From: Eledone cirrhosa
Taxonomy: Eukaryota
Assembly: GCA_964016885.1 (NCBI GenBank)
Contig: OZ024750.1
Coordinates: forward strand, 31,124,001 to 31,188,000
Length of the DNA stretch: 64,000 nucleotides
Reading direction: 5' to 3'
Shown: piece after piece, positions 12,601-27,429 of the stretch
Layout: each line of letters opens with the position of its first letter
Position numbering within the stretch: position 1 is the first letter of the stretch
The notes under the pieces: model-generated
Told to the model about the DNA's origin: nothing
What the model saw: only the letters and a program-made list of their open reading frames with translations
Database searches by the model: none
Position numbers and translations under genes: made by a program

Positions 12601-15600
12601 CTCAGAAGAGATAGACCTAGTGTACACTAACATAACATATAGAAACCTCTCTCAGAAGAGAAAGACCTAGTGTACACTAACATAACATGTAGAAACCTCT
12701 CTCAGAAGAGATAAACCTAGTGTACACTAACATAACATGTAGAAACCTCTCCCAGAAGAGAAAGACCTAGTGTACACTAACATAACATGTAGAAACCTCT
12801 CTCAGAAGAGATAGACCTAGTGTACACTAACATAACATGTAGAAACCTCTCTCAGAAGAGATAAACTTAGTGTACACTAACATAACATGTACAGACCTCT
12901 CCCAGAAGAGATAGACCTAGTGTACACTAACATAACATGTAGAAACCGCTCTCAGAAGAGATAGACCTACTGTACACTAACATAACATGTAGAAACCTCT
13001 CCCAGAAGAGATAGACCTAGTGTACACTAACATAACATGTAGAAACCTCTCCCAGAAGAGATAGACCTAGTGTACACTAACATAACATGTAGAAACCTCT
13101 CTCAGGAGAGATAGACCTAGTGTACACTAACATAACATGTAGAAACCTCTCCCAGAAGAGATAGACCTAGTGTACACTATCATAACATGTACAGACCTCT
13201 CCCAGAAGAGATAGACCTAGTGTACACTAACATAACATGTACAGACGTCTCCCAGAAGAGATAGACCTAGTGTACACTAACATAACATGTAGAAACCTCT
13301 CTCAGAAGAGATAGACCTAGTGTACACTAACATAACATGTACAGACCTCTCTCAGAAGAGATAGACCTAGTGTACACTAACATAACATGTAGAAACCTCT
13401 CTCAGAAGAGATAGACTTAGTGTACACTAACATAACATGTAGAAACCTCTCTCAGAAGAGATAAACCTAGTGTACACTAACATAACATGTAGAAACCTCT
13501 CTCAGAAGAGATAAACCTAGTGTACACTAACATAACATGTACAGACCTCTCTCAGAAGAGATAGACCTAGTGTACACTAACATAACATGTAGAAACCTCT
13601 CTCAGAATAGATAGAGCTAGTGTACATTAACATAAGATGTACAGACCTCTCTCAGAAGAGATAGACCTAGTGTACACTAACATAACATGTAGAAACCTCT
13701 CTCAGAAGAGATAGACCTAGTGTACACTAACATAACATGTAGAAACCTCTCCCAGAAGAGATAAACCTAGTGTACACTAACATAACATGTACAGACCTCT
13801 CTCAGAAGAGATAGACCTAGTCTACACTAACATAAGATGTACAGACCTCTCTCAGAAGAGATAAACCTAGTGTACACTAACATAACATATACAGACCTCT
13901 CTCAGAAGAGATAGACCTAGTGTACACTAACATAACATGTAGAAACCTCTCCCAGAAGAGATAAACCTAGTGTACACTAACATAACATGTACAGACCTCT
14001 CTCAGAAGAGATAAACCTAGTGTACACTAACATAACATGTAGAAACCTCTCCCAGAATAGATAAACCTAGTGTACACTAACATAACATGTAGAAACCTCT
14101 CCCAGAAGAGATAAACCTAGTGTACACTAACATAACATGTACAGACCTCTCTCAGAAGAGATAAACCTAGTGTACACTAAAATAAGATGTACAGACCTCT
14201 CTCAGAAGAGATAGACCTAGTGTACACTAACATAACATGTACAGACCTCTCTCAGAAGAGATAGACCTAGTGTACACTAACATAACATGTAGAAACCTCT
14301 CTCAGAAGGGATAGACCTAGTGTACACTAACATAACATGTAGAAACCTCTCTCAGAAGGGATAGACCTAGTGTACACTAACATAACATGTAGAAACCTCT
14401 CCCAGAAGGGATAGACCTAGTGTACACTAACATAACATGTAGAAACCTCTCTCAGAAGGGATAAACCTAGTGTACACTAACATAACATGTAGAAACCTCT
14501 CTCAGAAGGGATAGACCTAGTGTACACTAACATAACATGTAGAAACCTCTCTCAGAAGGGATAGACCTAGTGTACACTAACATAACATGTAGAAACCTCT
14601 CTCAGAAGGGATAGACCTAGTGTACACTAACATAACATGTAGAAACCTCTCCCAGAAGAGATAGACCTAGTGTACACTAACATAACATGTAGAAACCTCT
14701 CTCAGAAGGGATAGACCTAGGGTACACTAACATAACATGTAGAAACCTCTCTCAGAAGGGATAGACCTAGTGTACACTAACATAACATGTAGAAACCTCT
14801 CCCAGAAGAGATAGACCTAGTGTACACTAACATAACATGTACAGACCTCTCTCAGAAGAGATAGACCTAGTGTACACTAACATAACATGTACAGACCTCT
14901 CCCAGAAGAGATAGACCTAGTGTACACTAACATAACATGTAGAAACCTCTCCCAGACGAGATAGACCTAGTGTACACTAACATAACATGTACAGACCTCT
15001 CTCAGAAGAGATAGACTTAGTGTACACTAACATAACATGTAGAAACCTCTCTCAGAAGAGATAGACCTAGTGTACACTAACATAACATGTACAGACCTCT
15101 CTCAGAAGAGATAGACCTAGTGTACACTAACATAACATGTAGAAACCTCTCCCAGAAGAGATAGACCTAGTGTACACTAACATAACATGTACAGACCTCT
15201 CCCAGAAGAGATAGACCTAGTGTACACTAACATAACATGTAGAAACCTCTCCCAGAAGAGATAGACCTAGTGTACACTAACATAACATGTAGAAACCTCT
15301 CTCAGAAGGGATAGACCTAGTGTACACTAACATAACATGTAGAAACCTCTCTCAGAAGAGATAGACCTAGTGTACACTAACATAACATGTAGAAACCTCT
15401 CTCAGAAGGGATAGACCTAGTGTACACTAACATAACATGTAGAAACCTCTCTCAGAAGAGATAGACGTAGTGTACACTAACATAACATGTAGAAACCTCT
15501 CTCAGAAGAGATAGACCTAGTGTACACTAACATAACATGTAGAAACCTCTCTCAGAAGAGATAAACCTAGTGTACGCTAACATAACATGTAGAAACCTCT

Positions 15601-16140
15601 CTCAGAAAAGATAGACCGAGTGTACACTAACATAACATGTAGAAACCTCTCCCAGAAGAGATAGACCTAGTGTACACTAACATAACATGTAGAAACCTCT
15701 CTCAGAAGAGATAGACCTAGTGTACACTAACATAACATGTAGAAACCTCTCTCAGAAGGGATAGACCTAGTGTACACTAACATAACATGTAGAAACCTCT
15801 CTCAGAAGGGATAGACCTAGTGTACACTAACATAACATGTAGAAACCTCTCCCAGAAGGGATAGACCTAGTGTACACTAACATAACATGTAGAAACCTCT
15901 CTCAGAAGGGATAGACCTAGTGTACACTAACATAACATGTAGAAACCTCTCTCAGAAGGGATAGACCTAGTGTACACTAACATAACATGTAGAAACCTCT
16001 CTCAGAAGGGATAGACCTAGTGTACACTAACATAACATGTAGAAACCTCTCTCAGAAGGGATAGACCTAGTGTACACTAACATAACATGTAGAAACCTCT
16101 CCCAGAAGAGATAGACCTAGTGTACACTAACATAACATGT

Positions 16141-17340
16141 AGAAACCTCTCTCAGAAGGGATAGACCTAGGGTACACTAACATAACATGTAGAAACCTCT
16201 CTCAGAAGGGATAGACCTAGTGTACACTAACATAACATGTAGAAACCTCTCCCAGAAGAGATAGACCTAGTGTACACTAACATAACATGTACAGACCTCT
16301 CTCAGAAGAGATAGACCTAGTGTACACTAACATAACATGTACAGACCTCTCCCAGAAGAGATAGACCTAGTGTACACTAACATAACATGTAGAAACCTCT
16401 CCCAGAAGAGATAGACCTAGTGTACACTAACATAACATGTACAGACCTCTCTCAGAAGAGATAGACTTAGTGTACACTAACATAACATGTAGAAACCTCT
16501 CTCAGAAGAGATAGACCTAGTGTACACTAACATAACATGTACAGACCTCTCTCAGAAGAGATAGACCTAGTGTACACTAACATAACATGTAGAAACCTCT
16601 CCCAGAAGAGATAGACCTAGTGTACACTAACATAACATGTACAGACCTCTCCCAGAAGAGATAGACCTAGTGTACACTAACATAACATGTAGAAACCTCT
16701 CCCAGAAGAGATAGACCTAGTGTACACTAACATAACATGTAGAAACCTCTCTCAGAAGGGATAGACCTAGGGTACACTAACATAACATGTAGAAACCTCT
16801 CTCAGAAGGGATAGACCTAGTGTACACTAACATAACATGTAGAAACCTCTCCCAGAAGAGATAGACCTAGTGTACACTAACATAACATGTACAGACCTCT
16901 CTCAGAAGAGATAGACCTAGTGTACACTAACATAACATGTACAGACCTCTCCCAGAAGAGATAGACCTAGTGTACACTAACATAACATGTAGAAACCTCT
17001 CCCAGAAGAGATAGACCTAGTGTACACTAACATAACATGTACAGACCTCTCTCAGAAGAGATAGACTTAGTGTACACTAACATAACATGTAGAAACCTCT
17101 CTCAGAAGAGATAGACCTAGTGTACACTAACATAACATGTACAGACCTCTCTCAGAAGAGATAGACCTAGTGTACACTAACATAACATGTAGAAACCTCT
17201 CCCAGAAGAGATAGACCTAGTGTACACTAACATAACATGTACAGACCTCTCCCAGAAGAGATAGACCTAGTGTACACTAACATAACATGTAGAAACCTCT
17301 CCCAGAAGAGATAGACCTAGTGTACACTAACATAACATGT
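16141..17340. repeat. Tandem duplication of a 12-monomer (600-bp) block
   Basis: GGTACACTAA at 16171 and 16771; GACTTAG monomers at 16461 and 17061; the intervening variant order matches. Confidence 0.85.
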
Positions 17341-20300
17341 AGAAACCTCTCTCAGAAGGGATAGACCTAGTGTACACTAACATAACATGTAGAAACCTCT
17401 CTCAGAAGAGATAGACCTAGTGTACACTAACATAACATGTAGAAACCTCTCTCAGAAGGGATAGACCTAGTGTACACTAACATAACATGTAGAAACCTCT
17501 CTCAGAAGAGATAGACCTAGTGTACACTAACATAACATGTAGAAACCTCTCTCAGAAGAGATAGACCTAGTGTACACTAACATAACATGTAGAAACCTCT
17601 CTCAGAAGAGATAAACCTAGTGTACGCTAACATAACATGTAGAAACCTCTCTCAGAAAAGATAGACCGAGTGTACACTAACATAACATGTAGAAACCTCT
17701 CCCAGAAGAGATAGACCTAGTGTACACTAACATAACATGTAGAAACCTCTCTCAGAAGAGATAGACCTAGTGTACACTAACATAACATATAGAAACCTCT
17801 CTCAGAAGAGAAAGACCTAGTGTACACTAACATAACATGTAGAAACCTCTCTCAGAAGAGATAAACCTAGTGTACACTAACATAACATGTAGAAACCTCT
17901 CCCAGAAGAGAAAGACCTAGTGTACACTAACATAACATGTAGAAACCTCTCTCAGAAGAGATAGACCTAGTGTACACTAACATAACATGTAGAAACCTCT
18001 CTCAGAAGAGATAAACTTAGTGTACACTAACATAACATGTACAGACCTCTCCCAGAAGAGATAGACCTAGTGTACACTAACATAACATGTAGAAACCGCT
18101 CTCAGAAGAGATAGACCTACTGTACACTAACATAACATGTAGAAACCTCTCCCAGAAGAGATAGACCTAGTGTACACTAACATAACATGTAGAAACCTCT
18201 CCCAGAAGAGATAGACCTAGTGTACACTAACATAACATGTAGAAACCTCTCTCAGGAGAGATAGACCTAGTGTACACTAACATAACATGTAGAAACCTCT
18301 CCCAGAAGAGATAGACCTAGTGTACACTATCATAACATGTACAGACCTCTCCCAGAAGAGATAGACCTAGTGTACACTAACATAACATGTACAGACGTCT
18401 CCCAGAAGAGATAGACCTAGTGTACACTAACATAACATGTAGAAACCTCTCTCAGAAGAGATAGACCTAGTGTACACTAACATAACATGTACAGACCTCT
18501 CTCAGAAGAGATAGACCTAGTGTACACTAACATAACATGTAGAAACCTCTCTCAGAAGAGATAGACTTAGTGTACACTAACATAACATGTAGAAACCTCT
18601 CTCAGAAGAGATAAACCTAGTGTACACTAACATAACATGTAGAAACCTCTCTCAGAAGAGATAAACCTAGTGTACACTAACATAACATGTACAGACCTCT
18701 CTCAGAAGAGATAGACCTAGTGTACACTAACATAACATGTAGAAACCTCTCTCAGAATAGATAGAGCTAGTGTACATTAACATAAGATGTACAGACCTCT
18801 CTCAGAAGAGATAGACCTAGTGTACACTAACATAACATGTAGAAACCTCTCTCAGAAGAGATAGACCTAGTGTACACTAACATAACATGTAGAAACCTCT
18901 CCCAGAAGAGATAGACCTAGTGTACACTAACATAACATGTAGAAACCTCTCCCAGAAGAGATAAACCTAGTGTACACTAACATAACATGTAGAAACCTCT
19001 CTCAGAAGAGATAAACCTAGTGTACACTAACATAACATGTAGAAACCTCTCCCAGAAGAGATAGACCTAGTGTACACTAACATAACATGTAGAAACCTCT
19101 CTCAGAAGAGATAGACCTAGTGTACACTAACATAACATGTAGAAACCTCTCTCAGAAGAGATAAACCTAGTGTACACTAACATAACATGTACAGACATCT
19201 CCCAGAAGAGATAGACCTAGTGTACACTAACATAACATGTACAGACCTCTCTCAGAAGGGATAGACATAGTGTACACTAACATAACATGTAGAAACCTCT
19301 CCCAGAAGAGATAAACCTAGTGTACACTAACATAACATGTACAGACCTCTCTCAGAAGAGATAGACCTAGTGTACACTAACATAACATGTAGAAACCTCT
19401 CCCAGAAGAGATAGACCTAGTGTACACTAACATAACATGTAGAAACCTCTCTCAGAAGAGATAGACCTAGTGTACACTAACATAACATGTACAGACCTCT
19501 TCCAGAAGAGATAGACCTAGTGTACACTAAAATAAGATGTACAGACCTCTCTCAGAAGAGATAGACCTAGTGTACACTAACATAACATGTAGAAACCTCT
19601 CCCAGAAGAGATAGACCTAGTGTACACTAACATAACATGTACAGACCTCTCCCAGAAGAGATAGACCTAGTGTACACTAAAATAAGATGTACAGACCTCT
19701 CTCAGAAGAGATAGACCTAGTGTACACTAACATAACATGTAGAAACCTCTCTCAGAAGAGATAGACCTAGTGTACACTAACATAACATGTAGAAACCTCT
19801 CTCAGAAGAGATAAACCTAGTGTACACTAACATAACATGTAGAAACCTCTCCCAGAAGAGATAGACCTAGTGTATAGTAACATAACATGTAGAAACCTCC
19901 CCCAGAAGAGATAGACCTAGTGTACACTAACATAACATGTAGAAACCTCTCTCAGAAGAGATAGACCTAGTGTACACTAACATAACATGTAGAAACCTCT
20001 CTCAGAAGAGAAGGACCTAGTGTACACTAACATAACATGTAGAAACCTCTCTCAGAAGAGATAAACCTACTGTACACTAACATAACATGTAGAAACCTCT
20101 CCCAGAAGAGATAGACCTAGTGTACACTAACATAACATGTAGAAACCTCTCTCAGAAGAGATAGACCTAGTGTACACTAACATAACATGTAGAAACCTCT
20201 CTCAGAAGAGATAAACCTATTGTACACTAACATAACATGTACAGACCTCTCCCAGAAGAGATAGACCTAGTGTACACTAACATAACATGTAGAAACCTCT

Positions 20301-23300
20301 CTCAGAAGAGATAGACCTAGTGTACACTAACATAACATGTAGAAACCTCTCCCAGAAGAGATAGACCTAGTGTACACTAACATAACATGTAGAAACCTCT
20401 CCCAGAAGAGATAGACCTAGTGTACACTAACATAACATGTAGAAACCTCTCTCAGAAGAGATAGACCTAGTGTACACTAACATAACATGTAGAAACCTCT
20501 CCCTGAAGAGATAGACCTAGTGTACACTAACATAACATGTACAGACCTCTCCCAGAAGAGATAGACCTAGTGTACACTAACATAACATGCACAGACGTCT
20601 CCCAGATAAGATAGACCTAGTGTACACTAACATAACATGTAGAAACCTCTCTCAGAAGAGATAGACCTAGTGTACACTAACATAACATGTACAGACCTCT
20701 CTCAGAAGAGATAGACCTAGTGTACACTAACATAACATGTAGAAACCTCTCTCAGAAGAGATAGACCTAGTGTACACTAACATAACATGTAGAAACCTCT
20801 CTCAGAAGAGATAAACCTAGTGTACACTAACATAACATGTAGAAACCTCTCTCAGAAGAGATTAACCTAGTGTACACTAACATAACATGTACAGACCTCT
20901 CTCAGAAGAGATAGACCTAGTGTACACTAACATAACATGTAGAAACCTCTCTCAGAAGAGATAGAGCTAGTGTACATTAACATAAGATGTACAGACCTCT
21001 CTCAGAAGGAAATAGACCTAGTGTACACTAACATAACATGTAGAAACCTCTCCCAGAAGAGATAAACCTAGTGTACACTAACATAAGATGTACAGACCTC
21101 TCTCAGAAGAGATAGACCTAGTGTACACTAACATAACATGTAGAAACCTCTCCCAGAAGAGATAGACCTAGTGTACACTAACATAACATGTAGAAACCTC
21201 TCTCAGAAGAGATAGACCTAGTGTACACTAACATAACATGTACAGACCTCTCCCAGAAGAGATAGACCTAGTGTACACTAAAATAAGATGTACAGACCTC
21301 TCTCAGAAGAGATAGACCTAGTGTACACTAACATAACATGTAGAAACCTCTCCCAGAAGAGATAGACCTAGTGTACACTAACATAAGATGTACAGACCTC
21401 TCCCAGAAGAGATAGACCTAGTGTACACTAACATAACATGTAGAAACCTCTCCCAGAAGAGATAGACCTAGTGTACACTAACATAACATGTAGAAACCTC
21501 TCCCAGAAGAGATAGACCTAGTGTACACTAACATAACATGTAGAAACCTCTCTCAGAAGGGATAGACCTAGGGTACACTAACATAACATGTAGAAACCTC
21601 TCCCAGAAGAGATAGACCTAGTGTACACTAACATAACATGTACAGACCTCTCTCAGAAGAGATAGACCTAGTGTACACTAACATAACATGTAGAAACCTC
21701 TCTCAGAAGAGATAGACCTAGTGTACACTAACATAACATGTACAGACCTCTCTCAGAAGAGATAGACCTAGTGTACACTAACATAACATGTAGAAACCTC
21801 TCCCAGAAGAGATAGACCTAGTGTACACTAACATAACATGTACAGACCTCTCCCAGAAGAGATAGACCTAGTGTACACTAACATAACATGTAGAAACCTC
21901 TCCCAGAAGAGATAGACCTAGTGTACACTAACATAACATGTAGAAACCTCTCTCAGAAGGGATAGACCTAGTGTACACTAACATAACATGTAGAAACCTC
22001 TCTCAGAAGAGATAGACCTAGTGTACACTAACATAACATGTAGAAACCTCTCTCAGAAGGGATAGACCTAGTGTACACTAACATAACATGTAGAAACCTC
22101 TCTCAGAAGAGATAGACCTAGTGTACACTAACATAACATGTAGAAACCTCTCTCAGAAGAGATAGACCTAGTGTACACTAACATAACATGTAGAAACCTC
22201 TCTCAGAAGAGATAAACCTAGTGTACGCTAACATAACATGTAGAAACCTCTCTCAGAAAAGATAGACCGAGTGTACACTAACATAACATGTAGAAACCTC
22301 TCCCAGAAGAGATAGACCTAGTGTACACTAACATAACATGTAGAAACCTCTCTCAGAAGAGATAGACCTAGTGTACACTAACATAACATGTAGAAACCTC
22401 TCTCAGAAGGGATAGACCTAGTGTACACTAACATAACATGTAGAAACCTCTCTCAGAAGGGATAGACCTAGTGTACACTAACATAACATGTAGAAACCTC
22501 TCCCAGAAGGGATAGACCTAGTGTACACTAACATAACATGTAGAAACCTCTCTCAGAAGGGATAGACCTAGTGTACACTAACATAACATGTAGAAACCTC
22601 TCTCAGAAGGGATAGACCTAGTGTACACTAACATAACATGTAGAAACCTCTCTCAGAAGGGATAGACCTAGTGTACACTAACATAACATGTAGAAACCTC
22701 TCTCAGAAGGGATAGACCTAGTGTACACTAACATAACATGTAGAAACCTCTCCCAGAAGAGATAGACCTAGTGTACACTAACATAACATGTAGAAACCTC
22801 TCTCAGAAGGGATAGACCTAGGGTACACTAACATAACATGTAGAAACCTCTCTCAGAAGGGATAGACCTAGTGTACACTAACATAACATGTAGAAACCTC
22901 TCCCAGAAGAGATAGACCTAGTGTACACTAACATAACATGTACAGACCTCTCTCAGAAGAGATAGACCTAGTGTACACTAACATAACATGTACAGACCTC
23001 TCCCAGAAGAGATAGACCTAGTGTACACTAACATAACATGTAGAAACCTCTCCCAGAAGAGATAGACCTAGTGTACACTAACATAACATGTACAGACCTC
23101 TCCCAGAAGAGATAGACCTAGTGTACACTAACATAACATGTAGAAACCTCTCCCAGAAGAGATAGACCTAGTGTACACTAACATAACATGTAGTAACCTC
23201 TCTCAGAAGGGATAGACCTAGTGTACACTAACATAACATGTAGAAAACTCTCTCAGAAGAGATAGACCTAGTGTACACTAACATAACATGTAGAAACCTC

Positions 23301-26300
23301 TCTCAGAAGGGATAGACCTAGTGTACACTAACATAACATGTAGAAACCTCTCTCAGAAGAGATAGACCTAGTGTACACTAACATAACATGTAGAAACCTC
23401 TCTCAGAAGAGATAGACCTAGTGTACACTAACATAACATGTAGAAACCTCTCTCAGAAGAGATAAACCTAGTGTACGCTAACATAACATGTAGAAACCTC
23501 TCTCAGAAAAGATAGACCGAGTGTACACTAACATAACATGTAGAAACCTCTCCCAGAAGAGATAGACCTAGTGTACACTAACATAACATGTAGAAACCTC
23601 TCTCAGAAGAGATAGACCTAGTGTACACTAACATAACATATAGAAACCTCTCTCAGAAGAGAAAGACCTAGTGTACACTAACATAACATGTAGAAACCTC
23701 TCTCAGAAGAGATAAACCTAGTGTACACTAACATAACATGTAGAAACCTCTCCCAGAAGAGAAAGACCTAGTGTACACTAACATAACATGTAGAAACCTC
23801 TCTCAGAAGAGATAGACCTAGTGTACACTAACATAACATGTAGAAACCTCTCCCAGAAGAGATAAACTTAGTGTACACTAACATAACATGTACAGACCTC
23901 TCCCAGAAGAGATAGACCTAGTGTACACTAACATAACATGTAGAAACCGCTCTCAGAAGAGATAGACCTACTGTACACTAACATAACATGTAGAAACCTC
24001 TCCCAGAAGAGATAGACCTAGTGTACACTAACATAACATGTAGAAACCTCTCCCAGAAGAGATAGACCTAGTGTACACTAACATAACATGTAGAAACCTC
24101 TCTCAGGAGAGATAGACCTAGTTATACACTAACATAACATGTAGAAACCTCTCCCAGAAGAGATAGACCTAGTGTACACTATCATAACATGTACAGACCT
24201 CTCCCAGAAGAGATAGACCTAGTGTACACTAACATAACATGTACAGACGTCTCCCAGAAGAGATAGACCTAGTGTACACTAACATAACATGTAGAAACCT
24301 CTCTCAGAAGAGATAGACCTAGTGTACACTAACATAACATGTACAGACCTCTCTCAGAAGAGATAGACCTAGTGTACACTAACATAACATGTAGAAACCT
24401 CTCTCAGAAGAGATAGACTTAGTGTACACTAACATAACATGTACAGACCTCTCTCAGAAGAGATAGACCTAGTGTACACTTACATAACATGTAGAAACCT
24501 CTCTCAGAATAGATAGAGCTAGTGTACATTAACATAAGATGTACAGACCTCTCTCAGAAGAGATAGACCTAGTGTACACTAACATAACATGTAGAAACCT
24601 CTCTCAGAAGAGATAGACCTAGTGTACACTAACATAACATGTAGAAACCTCTCCCAGAAGAGATAGACCTAGTGTACACTAACATAACATGTAGAAACCT
24701 CTCCCAGAAGAGATAAACCTAGTGTACACTAACATAACATGTAGAAACCTCTCTCAGAAGAGATAAACCTAGTGTACACTAACATAACATGTAGAAACCT
24801 CTCCCAGAAGAGATAGACCTAGTGTACACTAACATAACATGTAGAAACCTCTCTCAGAAGAGATAGACCTAGTGTACACTAACATAACATGTAGAAACCT
24901 CTCTCAGAAGAGATAAACCTAGTGTACACTAACATAACATGTACAGACATCTCCCAGAAGAGATAGACCTAGTGTACACTAACATAACATGTACAGACCT
25001 CTCTCAGAAGGGATAGACATAGTGTACACTAACATAACATGTAGAAACCTCTCCCAGAAGAGATAAACCTAGTGTACACTAACATAACATGTACAGACCT
25101 CTCTCAGAAGAGATAGACCTAGTGTACACTAACATAACATGTAGAAACCTCTCCCAGAAGAGATAGACCTAGTGTACACTAACATAACATGTAGAAACCT
25201 CTCTCAGAAGAGATAGACCTAGTGTACACTAACATAACATGTACAGACCTCTTCCAGAAGAGATAGACCTAGTGTACACTAAAATAAGATGTACAGACCT
25301 CTCTCAGAAGAGATAGACCTAGTGTACACTAACATAACATGTAGAAACCTCTCCCAGAAGAGATAGACCTAGTGTACACTAACATAACATGTACAGACCT
25401 CTCCCAGAAGAGATAGACCTAGTGTACACTAAAATAAGATGTACAGACCTCTCTCAGAAGAGATAGACCTAGTGTACACTAACATAACATGTAGAAACCT
25501 CTCTCAGAAGAGATAGACCTAGTGTACACTAACATAACATGTAGAAACCTCTCTCAGAAGAGATAAACCTAGTGTACACTAACATAACATGTAGAAACCT
25601 CTCCCAGAAGAGATAGACCTAGTGTATAGTAACATAACATGTAGAAACCTCCCCCAGAAGAGATAGACCTAGTGTACACTAACATAACATGTAGAAACCT
25701 CTCTCAGAAGAGATAGACCTAGTGTACACTAACATAACATGTAGAAACCTCTCTCAGAAGAGAAGGACCTAGTGTACACTAACATAACATGTAGAAACCT
25801 CTCTCAGAAGAGATAAACCTACTGTACACTAACATAACATGTAGAAACCTCTCCCAGAAGAGATAGACCTAGTGTACACTAACATAACATGTAGAAACCT
25901 CTCTCAGAAGAGATAGACCTAGTGTACACTAACATAACATGTAGAAACCTCTCTCAGAAGAGATAAACCTATTGTACACTAACATAACATGTACAGACCT
26001 CTCCCAGAAGAGATAGACCTAGTGTACACTAACATAACATGTAGAAACCTCTCTCAGAAGAGATAGACCTAGTGTACACTAACATAACATGTAGAAACCT
26101 CTCCCAGAAGAGATAGACCTAGTGTACACTAACATAACATGTAGAAACCTCTCCCAGAAGAGATAGACCTAGTGTACACTAACATAACATGTAGAAACCT
26201 CTCTCAGAAGAGATAGACCTAGTGTACACTAACATAACATGTAGAAACCTCTCCCTGAAGAGATAGACCTAGTGTACACTAACATAACATGTACAGACCT

Positions 26301-27230
26301 CTCCCAGAAGAGATAGACCTAGTGTACACTAACATAACATGCACAGACGTCTCCTAGATAAGATAGACCTAGTGTACACTAACATAACATGTAGAAACCT
26401 CTCTCAGAAGAGATAGACCTAGTGTACACTAACATAACATGTACAGACCTCTCTCAGAAGAGATAGACCTAGTGTACACTAACATAACATGTAGAAACCT
26501 CTCTCAGAAGAGATAGACCTAGTGTACACTAACATAACATGTAGAAACCTCTCTCAGAAGAGATAAACCTAGTGTACACTAACATAACATGTAGAAACCT
26601 CTCTCAGAAGAGATTAACCTAGTGTACACTAACATAACATGTACAGACCTCTCTCAGAAGAGATAGACCTAGTGTACACTAACATAACATGTAGAAACCT
26701 CTCTCAGAAGAGATAGAGCTAGTGTACATTAACATAAGATGTACAGACCTCTCTCAGAAGGAAATAGACCTAGTGTACACTAACATAACATGTAGAAACC
26801 TCTCCCAGAAGAGATAAACCTAGTGTACACTAACATAAGATGTACAGACCTCTCTCAGAAGAGATAGACCTAGTGTACACTAACATAACATGTAGAAACC
26901 TCTCCCAGAAGAGATAGACCTAGTGTACACTAACATAACATGTAGAAACCTCTCTCAGAAGAGATAGACCTAGTGTACACTAACATAACATGTACAGACC
27001 TCTCCCAGAAGAGATAGACCTAGTGTACACTAAAATAAGATGTACAGACCTCTCTCAGAAGAGATAGACCTAGTGTACACTAACATAACATGTAGAAACC
27101 TCTCCCAGAAGAGATAGACCTAGTGTACACTAACATAAGATGTACAGACCTCTCCCAGAAGAGATAGACCTAGTGTACACTAACATAACATGTAGAAACC
27201 TCTCCCAGAAGAGATAGACCTAGTGTACAC
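17300..27230. repeat. Large block duplication, offset 5,851 then 5,752 bp
   Basis: TGTACGCTAA 17621/23472 and CTCAGGAGAG 18251/24102 (offset 5851). After a +1 insertion (about 24122) and a 2-monomer difference, TGTATAGTAA 19871/25623 and CTCAGAAGGAAATAG 21001/26753 (offset 5752). Confidence 0.9.
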
Positions 27231-27429
27231 TAACATAAGATGTACAGACCTCTCTCAGAAGAGATAGACCTCGTGTACACTAACATAACATGTAGAAACC
27301 TCTCCCAGAAGAGATACACCTAGTGTACACTAACATGACATGTACAGACGTCTCCCAGAAGAGATAGACCTAGTGTACACTAAAATAAGATGTACAGACC
27401 TCTCTCAGAATTGATAGACCTAGTGTACA

